Source: Tubulanus polymorphus (Eukaryota; Animalia; Nemertea). Taken from it: a DNA stretch of 64,000 nucleotides. Positions 10,076 to 23,215 of the stretch are shown in pieces; position 1 is the stretch's first letter, and each line of letters starts with the position of its first letter. The DNA is taken from the NCBI RefSeq assembly GCF_964204645.1, contig NC_134026.1, forward strand, positions 7,711,950 through 7,775,949, in the 5' to 3' direction. Made by a program: the position numbers and the translations under genes. The notes below the pieces were generated by a model. The model did no database searches. It saw only the letters and a program-made list of their open reading frames with translations, and was not told where the DNA came from.

Positions 10076-12928
10076 ACGTGCCTGTACAGGTACACTCACG
10101 CGGTAGGTACAGTAAGGTGCAGGTACTCGCTCATACACAAACAACAATCATTAACAAAATCCAATCAATTTACTCGTGATAATTAGCAATTAAAACATTG
10201 AAACATACGGCGGAATAAATTGGGAGAGAGAGAGATTAACAGTTAGTCGAGTGTAGTAGCCAGTAGCGACACTGTGACGCCATTACAACGAGCAGGCGCT
10301 CATAGACATTTCCGGTCGAAATAAATCTTATACCCAGATTAAATGAAAGTATTCTTCCAGTTCAGTTCATTCCGTTGTTTTACCCCGGAGTAAATATGTT
10401 TTATCCAGGAGTAAGAAGGGAGTAATTGGACGGATTTGATTTATAATAGTCCTTTAGTTTTTACCTCGGCTCTATATACAAGACAGCGGTGAGGTTTTAC
10501 TATCAGAGATTCTTTCAACGTTATGCGCTTTGTTATTGAGTCCAGATACTGTGGAAAAGGTCCATGGACGTATCCAGGATTGTAGAACTGGGTCCGGGAA
10601 ATGAAAGCAATGACTGTGCATGGAACTTACTGGCTACATGACTGTGCAATTGAAACAATCAAGGGTTCAACTTGGGAAACTTAACTCTGACCTTGGATAG
10701 AATACATCGTCATCGATTAGCCTAAAATCAAGGGAGATTTTACTCATAATTTGACTCCAGGGCAAAATTGACTCCTATAGATTGAATCCTTGATTGACCC
10801 CTGTATTGATGACAGGCTGTGAAATGTAGTTAAAAACTTGTATCGGACCGTTTTTTATACGTAATATCTGCTGATATCAGCATTTTCTCAGCCAGTTAAA
10901 CGTCTCTCTCTCTCCATACTGCATGGTGATATGACACAGATTTAAAAACTTCAAACATAGACGCAGCATATATGCATCTATGGTATATTATATGTCACGT
11001 GGTGTACAGCATATTGAACGGCGAGGGTTTGAATCGATTTCTAACCGACACGAAATTACTCAGTATCAATACTTAACACTCGACAACAATAACGCCAGAC
11101 AAATTGCCTTCAAAAAGTAAAAAACATTTTGACAAATTCGCGTCGTGTCGAAGAGAATCTCCCCTTCTATTTAAGTATAACACAAATTTTGCCGTGGGCA
11201 AAAAAAACTAACACTGACATTAAAGAAATATGCTCTCTATAAATGATCAATTCAATTCAATTGTATATGTTTTATTGTATATTCAGACTCGTTCGTGTAT
11301 GTGTATTATACTAATGCCGGACATTGCGATCAATAATAATGATTTATGATAGTCATTTTACACGTTCATTTTGTAAGCGGCGACAAAGCGAAAGGGGGCT
11401 CAACTCGTTTGTGTGAAATCAGTTCTTTGAGAAAAAAAGGCTAACGACATTTAAAAAGAATGTTTTTTTTTCATCCCTCAACTGAGCGGTATTCTACTCG
11501 CGGTATTATAAGCACCGCTCAGGGATTGGTCAGGTTCGACGTTTCTTTTTTTTAATGAAAGATGTTGAAACCATTCAATTATATATCAAACAATTTCAGA
11601 TGCATGTTTTTTCTCTTTAGGAGTACACCAGCTAATTTGTAGATTGATAACATTAATTCTGTTTTAAGGAAGGTTGTTTGAGTTCTGTTCGGCGATTCTA
11701 ATGATGTCACAGATAATCACTTCCTGTTCTCGCTGGTTTCCGTATTCAGAACAGACCCTGGTCGGTTTTTCAACTGTAGGGACCGTCATCACCAAACAAT
11801 TCAAGAACCACCCTGCTTGTTTGAAACATATTCAAGATCAAAATATCACCGAAAATAGAAATCGATGTTAGAATCGTCTGAAGGATTCTGCGGTCGCTGA
11901 GGCGTAACGTAAACGCTGCCACATAAATCATATCGGATTACTATCGCTACTCCAGACCTAACTATCTCACTCCCGGGTTCAGTTACTATACAATCCTTGT
12001 ATCATATGTTTTACGCTGCTTGATCCAGATCTTTATCCGATGACGCAATAATGACCGTACACGTTACGACGCATTGTTGTCGATAATCGATAAAATACCG
12101 CGCAACGTTTTTATTTATTGTTGTAACGTTGTAACTAAGGAACGATCGATTAAAAACACTTGTGTTACGCGAGATCCTACTTGTTGGTCAATAATCTGGG
12201 AGTAAGTTTGACCAGTTGCTGACCGCTCCACCCCTCACCGGCCACTAGGTGACCGATACTATCGCATCTTCTCAATTACATAACGGCATTTGTGAAACAC
12301 GAGTTGAAGCTTCGCTCGTTCACGTGAAGGGTTTAAGCGGTGAGATGGTGGCGGTTTAAGTGTCTTTGAGATCGGTGTCTTTTCAAGCTACACGACAAAC
12401 CAGATTGAAGAGGTTTAAGAATGAGAAGCTCTCGCCGCTGACTGGCACTCTTTTATCGGGTGACCATTTCATCGATTTCTCAAGGAGTTTATGATATTTT
12501 GTTGAAGAGAGGGGTATTTGTAAACGGGTTTTGTCGAGCAGAACCGCTCTTAAAGACACGACTGAAATGATAGGAGGTCGTATTTAAAGTCGAACAATAG
12601 TCGCCGATAATGAAGTAGACATAGCGACGACGTAGCGCTATACTCTGTTTCAAACAGTTTAACTTCTCTCTCCTATAGGATTCCATTCAGTTTGCGATTT
12701 GATCATTTCATGTCAATGATCTCTTCATACGTTTTAAAGGCGACGTCTTTTAAAGGCTTTAAATTGATATCTATTATTCAACACTCAAATCTGTTTTGTG
12801 GTGATTCCGAATTTCACGTTGAATTAGTTTAATAACTTATTGTATTCAAATGATTAAAACCTACATACATTTGTCAAAAAGTGCTAGCAAACCAGAGACC
12901 ATTTGCTCAGTCATGGTTTTGATTTAAT

Positions 12929-13180
12929 CAATCTAACGACTTAAGACCAGCCTATGTTCATTTGGTTCTATAACCAATCTAACAAACTACCGGTCTAAGC
13001 TCATTTTGGTTCTATAACCAACCTAAGAACTTAACACTAGTCTGAGCTCATTTTGGTTCTATAACCAATCTAACAAACGACCGGTCAAAGCTCATTTTGG
13101 TTCTATAACCAATCTAAGAACTTAACACTAGTCTGAGCTCATTTTGGTTCTATCGGCCAATCTAACAACTTAAGACCAGT
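12929..13180. repeat. Minisatellite with alternating 43/44-bp and 47-bp units, inside a MITE-like element spanning ~12893-13240
   Basis: The core catt(t)tggttctataaccaa.ctaa recurs at 12959, 13002, 13049, 13093 and 13140 (spacings 43, 47, 44, 47). The linkers alternate between caaac.accggtc.aagct and gaacttaacactagtctgagct. Confidence 0.9.
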
Positions 13181-15893
13181 TTAAAGATGTAAGACAAACT
13201 TTGGACAAACTTTGGTCAAACTTACTTATGTCACTGGACCAAGTTATCCCGACCTACAGGCATTGGTTAACTTTGACATTGGAAGTGAACATGTTACTTT
13301 AAAGTCAAACTTTACAAAAATAATCAGCGGAACTGCGGAACTGTATCGTACGACCTATCATAAAATTTGATTTAGTTTTAAAAAGCCTTGTATGTTATGG
13401 ATCTTTCTGAATTCAATGTTTAGCGTCAACGATTCTCAAGCAGAGTCGAACACTGTGATACTTCGAAACAAAATCACGCGAAATGTATCGCTAATATTAA
13501 CTACGTAGCCTTTCTAAGCCTGCTGCGACTTTTTGCGCATCATTTTAGAGTCCATGGTCTTTTTGACAGATTTTTAAATCTCATATTCTATAGAAAGGCA
13601 TAGAACGTAGGAGCTACACCGATGTAATGTACGGTATTGTGAGACTGAGATGGAGGCAGCTAACGCGACACCGCATTTCTATTATTCTTAAAGGTTTGAT
13701 GAATTTCGTTTCTGATGATTTGGAGCGGAATAATCGATAACACTGCTGACTAGCAACAGATACAATCAGCAGGGATTGAACCGGGGGGAGGGGGTTCACG
13801 CAATATGTCACTATCAAACCTCTTCAAATAACACGCTCACATTCACAGAAATATCACTATCCTATTGAACAGCCTTACTTTAATGGATTCAGACGCCAAG
13901 ATTGTGAGATTTTGAGATATTTATTTTCGAGATATCATTTTTCAAACAGCCAGGTGTCCGCATTGTTGTATAAATGCTACGTACATCTCGTCCATAGATA
14001 TCTTTTTTGAAAATTTGCATCTCAAAAATCTCAAAATAATCTTTGAGTTTCTTTCTACCAAATGTTGACAACTTTAACTTGAAAAATTTCCTAAGAAATA
14101 TTCCCATGAATGAAAATCCATCTGATGTTCGAATTTTCATATCTTTTCCTACGGCGCCTGATTTTGTAAGTGTCGTTAATGACCAATGATTTGATCGTTC
14201 AGATTTACACGTGTCATTGGTAATAAAACCAGGAGTAGAGTGCATGTTTAAACGCGGTTTATTCGACATTAAATCTCGGAGTAATGTAACCGGCTTGTGA
14301 TTATGCGCTAGTCGAGGCTTTGTATCGAAGGTAATAAATTAGAGCTAGCTTTAGAAGTGGCTTCGAAAAGAGTGACGTTTTCAACTGTGCCTGAATGCGG
14401 CGTCAGCATGGGCGATGTGATGTGTCTCCTCGCTCAATACACACTACAAAACCACCCTAAAAAACTATTGTCTTTTATGGGAAAATATCAAACATTGAAA
14501 AACTGTGACTTGGAAAAAACGACGACAGCCTCCAGTAATGATACCCTACGAGTATAATGTCATCCTCATTTTTTTTCATATCAAAGCAGAAAAACAGCCT
14601 TAGAGATATTATTAGAATAGCGTAGCCCGCTGCATTCAGAGGCTGCAGTTTTGCTCAAAAATTGATCGAAGTTAAAACCGACATAAACTGACAATTCAAA
14701 CTCTATGTTTTTAACCAACTCTTGAGGAACTGGGCTTTGAAACTGTTTGTTAATCCACATTTCTGAAATATATAGAATTTTGGCGTCTGAAACGTTTAGG
14801 TTCAACGTGAAGTTTAAAATGACTGATTATCAAAAAGATGTTTCTTAAATTTGTGTATAGTGATTGTAAGAAACAAGAAGTCGAAGGACCCGGGGGTCCG
14901 GGGATGTTTGGGTAATGTTTGTAACATGACAACAACGACTCAATAATCATGCATTTTAGTTAATCACGCCGTGAACTCTAAAACGATGAGTCCATGATCA
15001 CAGACACATAGACATGTATTAGATAACACTATAACACCGACAGGAAGACATAGATTTAACTCCAACAGTTAAAATTACTCGCAGATTTTCACCTGCTGAA
15101 TCGAGTTTAAACTGCTATTATCATAAACCGTTCATCGATGGAGCGAAATGTCTCGGCGAAGAGAATGGGCCCTAAATTAGACCTATATCGCATCGTGAAA
15201 TCTAAAACTGACCGGTCGGCTATTCGAACCTAATTGATGTCATTATATCAACGAACATCATCTTCCACTCTATATTAGCATTGTATCCTTGTACAGATAA
15301 AAGGATGGCCAGAATCTAATTCGTCTGATTAGTTTGTCTTTCCTGCTCTTTGTAATATCGCGCGGTACTATTTCTGTTTTGAGATTCTCGGTAGCGGTCA
15401 AGTCCTTCCCGCTTCCCGAGGTCACTTACTTTCCCGTTGTTAAAATCGTCGCTACGATACCGAGTATTCTCTAATCAGAAGTAATGAGAGAAAAAAACCA
15501 AACATCAAATAATTCTTCATCTGAAACGACGCTGATGGAAAAAATGACCGGATCCCGAACCGCGTTCCGTATAGCCTGGAGATATTTCTGAATTACCGAT
15601 CGAAATAAACGACGCAAAAAAAAATCTCCTCTGACCTTTTAGAACTTGATAAGAGACCAGGAGATATGTTTATACGATCCGAACTTATCTTGCCTGGTAA
15701 TGGCTGTAGCTATTTTAGGAGATGGTATGTTTGCCGATCGCGGGAATCCTGAACCAACCGGCTAAACCCTTACATTACAACAGATGATTCTCTGTCCCAA
15801 CAGAGACTGAAGATAAAACGGGACTAACGTAATTTCTATCCTAAAACTGATTTTACAGTTTGAAACATACGATCTAAGTCGATATTTCTGTCA

Positions 15894-16036
15894 TCAGTTC
15901 CACAGTTGTGAGTTAGAGCTAAGAGTTGAACTGGTTTATTTCCAACGTTTTGACTCTCGGGTCAAATTTCAACTCAGAGTCAACTTTAACTCACAAAGAC
16001 ATCTTTTAACTCATAACTCTGTAGAACTGAGTCCTG
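15894..16036. mobile_element. MITE-like short inverted-repeat element, family A (terminal consensus ~CAGGACCCAGTTCCACAGTT)
   Basis: Left tcagttccacagttgtgagtta and right taactcataactctgtagaactgagtcctg form an imperfect inverted repeat. The same termini recur across the window. Confidence 0.7.
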
Positions 16037-16114
16037 ACCTCAGTTTGAGTAAAACAAGTGGATCTGATCCCATTTTTCAGAGAAGCAGGTATGGATTTTT
16101 GAAAACATATTGAA

Positions 16115-16209
16115 CCAGTTCAATAGTTCTGGGTCTACTCTGAGTTGAAATTAGTTCATTCTCAAATCTTGATTTAAATCTGAACTCACAACTCTGGAAC
16201 CGGGTCCTG
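16115..16209. mobile_element. MITE-like element, family A (degenerate)
   Basis: ccagttcaatagttctgggt ... aactcacaactctggaaccgggtcctg. Confidence 0.55.
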
Positions 16210-19200
16210 TTTGTTTTTTTCTAATCTGAACACACGAGATCATTGCCATGTCTAATGAAATCGCACGAAGCCGCTCGATCCCTCAGAGAATATGACACAT
16301 AATCTGAAAAAATCCTATCAAACGATTGATGATAAATAACAACTCACTTTGTCGTGCTGCGATCTATGGTGATGATATTTAACAGGACTCCGACACGGGT
16401 AAGCACCACGTGACACTTCCATACCGCTATAGTAAGGAGCCGACGATGTGGTATAAGATCCCATGAGTATATAAACACAGTGTGTCTATGATCTCACTCA
16501 CGCTGCTCTCGTCCGCTCGTATATGGGAGGGACTTCAAGATCATAAATCTTATTCGTGTCACACACCGACACGATTATGTCCAGAGGGGACACACAATCT
16601 TTACCCAATAAAATATAACAGATATGACACGAACTCGGCATACACGTGTCTCAGGTGTTGTTAAGTACTAATACTAGAAACACCTCTGATATTTGTAATA
16701 ATCTTATTTCAATTGACTCGAAGCGACAGAGACGGAGAGGGTTTTAAGTGCGATTGATGTTAAGTTTCTTTAAAGATTGACACAAGGCAGCTAGAGGCTA
16801 CACCTGAAGCCCTTCTAAAGTCATATGTTCCGAACATTGCGGTACACACACGCAGCGAAAGAAGAATTCCACCTTTGGCTCCTATGCTGACATCTAGCTG
16901 TCGGGCGTTTTGGGCTCACAAACCGCTTCAGTCTTAACTACGATATTGATAAAAACTAAATAGAATATTTTTACATCAAATCTGCAATGAAAAATCAAAT
17001 CAAATTTTTGATTTGATAAATAAATTCCGTTTTTCATTAATCTTTGATATTTCTGCACATTAGGATTCAACTTCGATAAATCAACAAAAACCATTGTCAT
17101 AAAGACGATACATTTTTGCCTGCTGTATCAAATGATAAAATGAATATATTTTCCATTCTGCCCTTCCTTAATACTCTAAAACCTCACTCAATATGCGAGC
17201 ATACGTTTTTCTGAAGATCATAATTTGTCAAATTGACAAAAGTTCGACTGCGATATATAACGGTATAAAGCTCTTTCTATCGAAGATAATATCGCAGTTT
17301 TAGTGTTCATTTCTTTTCTTTGATAGAAATTCATTATTAAAGGATTAAAAACTTCTATAAGAGACTAACAACACTATATTGACTATAGTGCGTTCTATAA
17401 AACCCAGCTATAGACAGCGATATCATTAGAAATCAAGTATATGTTCTCAACAGGGGGGAAACATATTGAAATAGACACATATACAGGATATACGCGGATC
17501 TCTATAATCCTCTTCAAAACCGCCGCGTTTATTCACTATAATCAACACCAAACTATCTAATTCTGACGCTAGGGGGCATTGCCCTATTTAAAATCTAGGT
17601 TAATAACTTCTTTATATTTCATAAAGAAAAGTTAATATTTTCTGTAATTGTGTGAAAATAGTCCCTCCATGGATATGATTGGTTTTTGAAAATTCCGAAT
17701 TCCTGATTCTAGGGTACATTTTATTCCATTCCGGCACAGGGAGCACTGTCTATCATCACTAAAGGCGTTACCCGAAAGAATGACTTAATTTCAAATTTAC
17801 TTGTTCCTGGTCCCACCGACAGGGGGCGGGTGGATTTAGGATGAGACCTCACCGTTAGGTGGCGCCTGTATCATTATAGCTTGTTATTCAGTAATGAGTA
17901 GATCTATTGCCTAAAGTCAAATTTTTTTCGCGTTTAAAATCGCGCTCTTTGAATGAATTCCAGTCTCTCTCTCTTTCTCTCTCACCGTGTCTTCATTCAC
18001 GCTGTGAACACTGCGCCTTAATTAAACATTTCCTTAATTACACGGATTCGAATTTATTGCGTGTGAAATTGGAAATGTTCTAGGCCTCAGGCGAGAGAGA
18101 TACGTCGGGAGGGGGTGAGCTAGGAGGAGGGGGGTGAGTGGACACACCGCGTGACCGAATAAAAATAATCGCGAACACAAATAAATCATGCGCCCGACTG
18201 GACGAATTTTACATCAGCCGAAAATAAACTATTAAAATTCGGGTCTAATTGGTGCCGGATTCTGGAGTCTATTGAGAGTTAAATAAGCGAGGTGTAAAAT
18301 GTGTGAAATTTGCCGCCAGTGACGGCGAGGTCACAGTTTAGTGAGATCCCTGAGGCTGTGGGACCCCGGAGGCTCCGAGACCCCTTTCTCTCTCTCTCTA
18401 TAGGTATTTCTGTATAACTCGCTGCGATGTTATTTCAATTGTGTATTTCATGTTACTTTCGCATCGGTGAATCTCACAACATTCTTTCGATATCTCACAC
18501 TATGTTTGATATATCACCGTGTTTGGGGTTTTCCTGATATATCAAATTTTGCCGCGTACTTACCTGTTAATTTCCGCTACTATCTCGATATCTCACACTG
18601 CGTTTGATAGAATATCACCAAATGTATCTGATGTTTCAAATCTTGAGGCGTGTTTGATATGAAAATTTTAACTCAAAATATCGTTATCTGAATATGCATA
18701 AATTTCTTTATATGAAAAATCATTTTGGTTAGTCTTAAAACTGCAGTTTCAACAAATCTATTTGAGAACATTTTTTTCGAATAAAGATTATAATTTTGAT
18801 TGTTAAAATAATCAAAATCAATGATGCTGTTAATGGTCTAATGCTGGCGGCGGTTCAAAGTTAAATCGTTAGATAAGTTTAACCCTAAGGTCACATGTTC
18901 TCCCCGAGGCCTAACACAGCTATGGGGGTATGCGAGGAGTCCCTCAGGGAGAGATGGTTAGCCATCGCATCGTCGAACCTTGCATCACAAATTGTAACCT
19001 GACTTCATTCTCAGTATTTCGTTTCGCGTTATAAATAAATTCAATTTAGAGTTTCTACGATACTGCTTCTGTTGCCATCGATCGAAATTATACAAAATAC
19101 AAAACATCACAAAAATAGTCTTCTACGAATTTGAAGAAAAAAACAATTTTCTTTTTTTTATTGAGTCAAATAATGGTTTAGAATGTCTTTGTTTAAATGG

Positions 19201-20956
19201 GGTTATTTTGATTTTGCGACGATGGAAATAACTTATCATAAAAAAACCACCAGGAAACGTATTCTATTTTCTACACAGTTTAGAAAATGATTTTCCTTTT
19301 TTTCCGATTGAAATGATGGTTTTGTTTCAGATACAGATATGACTCGAAGCATAGGTTATTATGATATCAGCTGTAAAGTGGAATAATTGAATATGAATTC
19401 ACTGGTATAAATGTATAATTCGCCTTGTTTATACGCGCAGACCCCGGCAGGCTCGACTTAACGACGTGCAATGTGAGAATGCCTGCCTCATCCTGCCTGC
19501 AGCGACATTAGACTTTTGGAGAGGGTCGCAATTCGGATATTAGCTAAAAATCACTGAAAATTGGATACATTTGTGTTCGAGGCCAGAAATTCGTCTCCAG
19601 CAGTATAGCGCCGGTGAGGACGAGCTTTTAATGAGGACCATTATTATACAATGTGACCTTCACCTTCCAGGCTGTTATTATTATTTCTTTATCCTCCCAG
19701 TGCAGGTTGGATTCATTGATCATTGGGATAAATGATTCGTAGAAATCTGTCCAAATAATACGGAAGCATCCTTGACATATCTGACCGACCACCGAATTCT
19801 AAGTGTAGTTTGAAGTTTATGTTTCTCAACGATTAGACCCTGCTAAAAAGACTGAATCAAGGAAGAAATCGAAATCCAACTTTCTCCTGAAATAAGACCC
19901 AAACCCAGTAGCTTGTTTTACATTCGAGTGATTCAGAATTTAGACTAGTTCTGAGCTCATTAGATCTGCTAAAATGATTCAAGTTTGGGACACATTGTTT
20001 CTTATTCCTTTCTTCACATGAGACCTGAACGATGTTCTACAGTTTGAGGTTAAGGGTCGACTCTAAGCTGTAACATTTGAAATGACTATGTTTTAGCAAA
20101 TCACCGTCATGCGGGGGTTGTATTCGCTCAAACATTGGTGGGAGATAACCGGTGGATAGTTGACAAAGTGAAAATTATTAACAATTATTGTTACTAATTG
20201 TTTGTATCCGCTTGTTATCTTTATATTAACCAACCTTTGAGCAATTGCGTCTCAGAAATTTGCCTGTCTTATTCATATCTAGCCCTTGACCCTGATGAGA
20301 ATGGATCGTTCGGGCTATCATTAAAATCAAGGCGATACGTTTTATGAAGTAAAGAGTTGATGTTCGGCCTACACTCCACACGCACGCACACTGTCACTGC
20401 ACCGACTGTCATTGGGTGATTTTTATTTTCAAATTACCGCAAGCAATTTCAACCGTCAACGCCGACGATAGCCCGGTTACCGAACAGAGAGTGAGAGCAG
20501 TAAGAGCTGCTGAGTGAGAGAGAGGTAATTTCAGTTGACGTGTGAGGATGTAAATTGTCAGTAAGTCGGACACAGTATCCATTCTACTGATGCAGATTAT
20601 CTCTATAATTCCTCGCTCGCTCTATCTGATATCTCTACCGATATTGCATAATTTACTGCAGATTCATGTCTCCCACACATCGTGTAAATTTAATCATTTT
20701 CCATACGCGAGAAACTCTCGCCGTTTCTCGTTGAATTAAACGCGAAACTCTCCGTGATTGCCCGAGAGTTTGTGCGTACACGCATTTTGATAAGTACGTA
20801 GCGAATTTTATGCAGTTTATATCGAAACCAGTTAAAATGACATTATTTGATAGCTATAGCTATCAGAGAGACTCAGGGAGAGGGAGGGGAGAGAGGGAGG
20901 ACAGAAAGAGGAAATGTTGGGAGAAAGACGAAAGGAGGGAGAGGGTATAGAGGTGA

Positions 20957-20958
<2 letters not shown>

Positions 20959-21025
<67 letters not shown>
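20959..21025. repeat. (GA)n microsatellite
   Basis: Directly visible. It explains the ER-repeat pseudo-ORFs. Confidence 0.98.
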
Positions 21026-21029
<4 letters not shown>

Positions 21030-21748
21030 GAGAGCCTACCATTTTACTTTGTTACACCTTACTTTAATTTCATGCAGTATAATCTTGAAATTGGAATCAT
21101 GAATTCATCGTTCAATCAAAATTCACCCAAGAACTAACGTTAGGATCCTGAATGCTGGTAAATTTACAGAATCTATTTTGTGCTGATTTTGTCTAATGTT
21201 TTCAGAGTTTGTGGTCTATACCAGCAGATACTCGAGGTACTACTGCTATCATATTTGTTGAATTTCAGTCGTAAATGAAGATAAAAGGAAGTAAAGAAAC
21301 CGAACTGCTCTTAAACTGATTGAAATCTACCCCAAGTCGTTAGTTCTTTGTTGTTCTTTGATTCCTGATTTGAATTTATGAACATCAAATAAACGTCTTT
21401 CTCTCCCGTTCTCTCTCTATGCCACTAATTTAATCCCTGGTCGCTGATTCTCACCGATCGAGAATCTCTCTTGATCCTTTGATAAACGAATCAACAATTA
21501 GGAAATACGGTTAGCAAATTTTCTTCTTTTGTTTCGATATCAAAATGAAGATCGAGCGCCTTGGAGACGTGGTGTTGTTAGTTTTATGTATCACCGCTAG
21601 GCGCTGATTCGGCAGCACCTGATGGTGGTTATGCGAAAAGCGCGTTTTCTGAACGCGCCTCGAGGAGAGAGCGCAAACACGAGACCTGGATGAAAAGATT
21701 CGGATTCAGACCCCGGTACATTCGTCTTAGATTTAGGGCCGAGTCCAG

Positions 21749-21755
21749 AAAAAAA
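21749..21755 (-). terminator. Pol III oligo-T terminator of tRNA-Arg copy 1
   Basis: A7 on the plus strand (T7 on minus), 8 nt after the tRNA 3' end. Confidence 0.8.
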
Positions 21756-21763
21756 TTTAACTG

Positions 21764-21836
21764 CGATCCTGCCAGGACTCGAACCTGGAATCCCCTGATT
21801 CGTAGTCAGATGCCTTATCCATTGGGCCACAGGACC
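21764..21836 (-). tRNA. tRNA-Arg(ACG), copy 1
   Basis: The minus strand reads GGTCCTGTGGCCCAATGGATAAGGCATCTGACTACGAATCAGGGGATTCCAGGTTCGAGTCCTGGCAGGATCG (73 nt). Acceptor stem GGTCCTG/CAGGATC, anticodon arm TCTGA-CTACGAA-TCAGG, T arm CCAGG-TTCGAGT-CCTGG. A T7 terminator follows at 21755-21749. Confidence 0.97.
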
Positions 21837-23018
21837 GGTTAGTTGGGCACATGACACGTTAGGTTCACATTGAGCAGACAAGGATTCGAACCTGATTCGT
21901 ATGATTCGACGGTACCTGGAACCGCTAATGACAGGATGCTTAATTGGTCGGTGGTGGATGAGCTAGGACCCGCTCAACACGCTCCTCGACCTAAATCACC
22001 ACAACATGAAGAACAGAATGCGTCTGTGGCAAGTGAAGATCGCGGGTATTTTACGTATTCTGATCTCGAGTGATCGCTTCAAACTCAATCAGTCTTTGTA
22101 GCGTTAATACGCCCTAACGCGATCACCTACGATCAGTTAGTTATACTAATTACCGACAGAGACTGATATATGACCAGTCAGTCAGTGACAGGCCCGCAGC
22201 TATCAGACGAACAGTCACGTGGCTACTCGGGTTAATTCTATTGGTTTACCGGGCTAATGGAGCCTCATTTTGATTGTACAGCCCGCAGCGCTCTCTGTGT
22301 TTGATTCCATAGATCTATCACTGATACTGATCATCGTACTGGGGATATATGCACGGAGTCAAGGTCATTCTCCACAGGCATCAGTTACACTATAAACATT
22401 AGGCCCGTGTTCCGAGGGGGAGTCGGGAATAGTGAATGGACCCCCTAAAATGCTCGACTGCCCTTGAAAAAGTCAGTGTAAAAAAATTGAAGAAATCCTA
22501 AATTCATCTGGTAAAGTGGAGACGTAACATTTTAGATATGGTGTAGATTGACAATTACAGATCACGATTTAAAACACGTTGATTTTAACGGCTTTGACTA
22601 CTACTACTATTACTACTATACAATACCAGTTGGCGACAGTCACGTGGTATACGCGGTGTAGTTAATCTCGCTTTATTTCATACGTCAAACAAAATTACAG
22701 GAACTGGGAGAATCGCAGAATCGCGGAATCGGGGGTAGGTGAATTACTAGTGACTGCAGATACCTTCAGGCACCGTTCTCTCTCTCGCAACTCTCTCTGA
22801 GATTTACATACAATTTCTCCTGTATCCAGATAGCTGTATCCAGATACAGTACCGATCCTAGTGGTTTGATACGAGACTGATTGATGATCAGTCTCTCGAT
22901 CAATCTCTACTTTTATCACGGTTTCAATTCAGGACAGTTGCTCAAAAGTTGGTTTTAGTAAACTGGTCGTATCAGTGATGTCTTAATTGTTATTTTGCCA
23001 CCTAGTGATGGAAGAAAT

Positions 23019-23215
23019 AGAGGGCGCTAGCGTTCAGGAGTGAGGGAAGTACAGAGGGCGCTGAAGGTCGAAGGCAGTTAAAGAGGGCGCTGTGATTCAG
23101 CAGTGAGGGAAAGTATAGAGGCGCTGAGGTTTAGCAGTGAGGGAAGTAAAAAACAGCGAGGGAAAGTATAGATGGCGCTGAGGTTCAGCAGTGAGGCAGA
23201 GAATAGAGGGCGCTG
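23019..23215. repeat. Degenerate ~35-bp minisatellite (AGAGGGCGCTGAGGTTCAGCAGTGAGGGAAAGTAT), about 6 units
   Basis: AGA(G/T)GGCGCT cores at 23019, 23053, 23082, 23117 (one G short), 23170 and 23205. Confidence 0.85.

Noticed and set aside
12929-13180. CRISPR-like look: palindromic ~27-bp repeats separated by short spacers
   Set aside because: The spacers are only ~15-20 nt and themselves repeat (A,B,A,B). There are no cas genes and the context is eukaryotic. It is a minisatellite inside a MITE.
18558-18566. Perfect minus-strand donor CAG|GTAAGT, also resembling the U1 snRNA 5' end on the plus strand
   Set aside because: No U1 body follows. A stop codon lies immediately before it in the AP-2-compatible phase and no exon start is evident. 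One such 9-mer is plausible by chance.
21597-22073. ORFs overlapping or adjoining tRNA copy 1 (also 33063..33323 at copy 2)
   Set aside because: Non-ATG starts or reading through the tRNA. No recognisable homology or splice signals.
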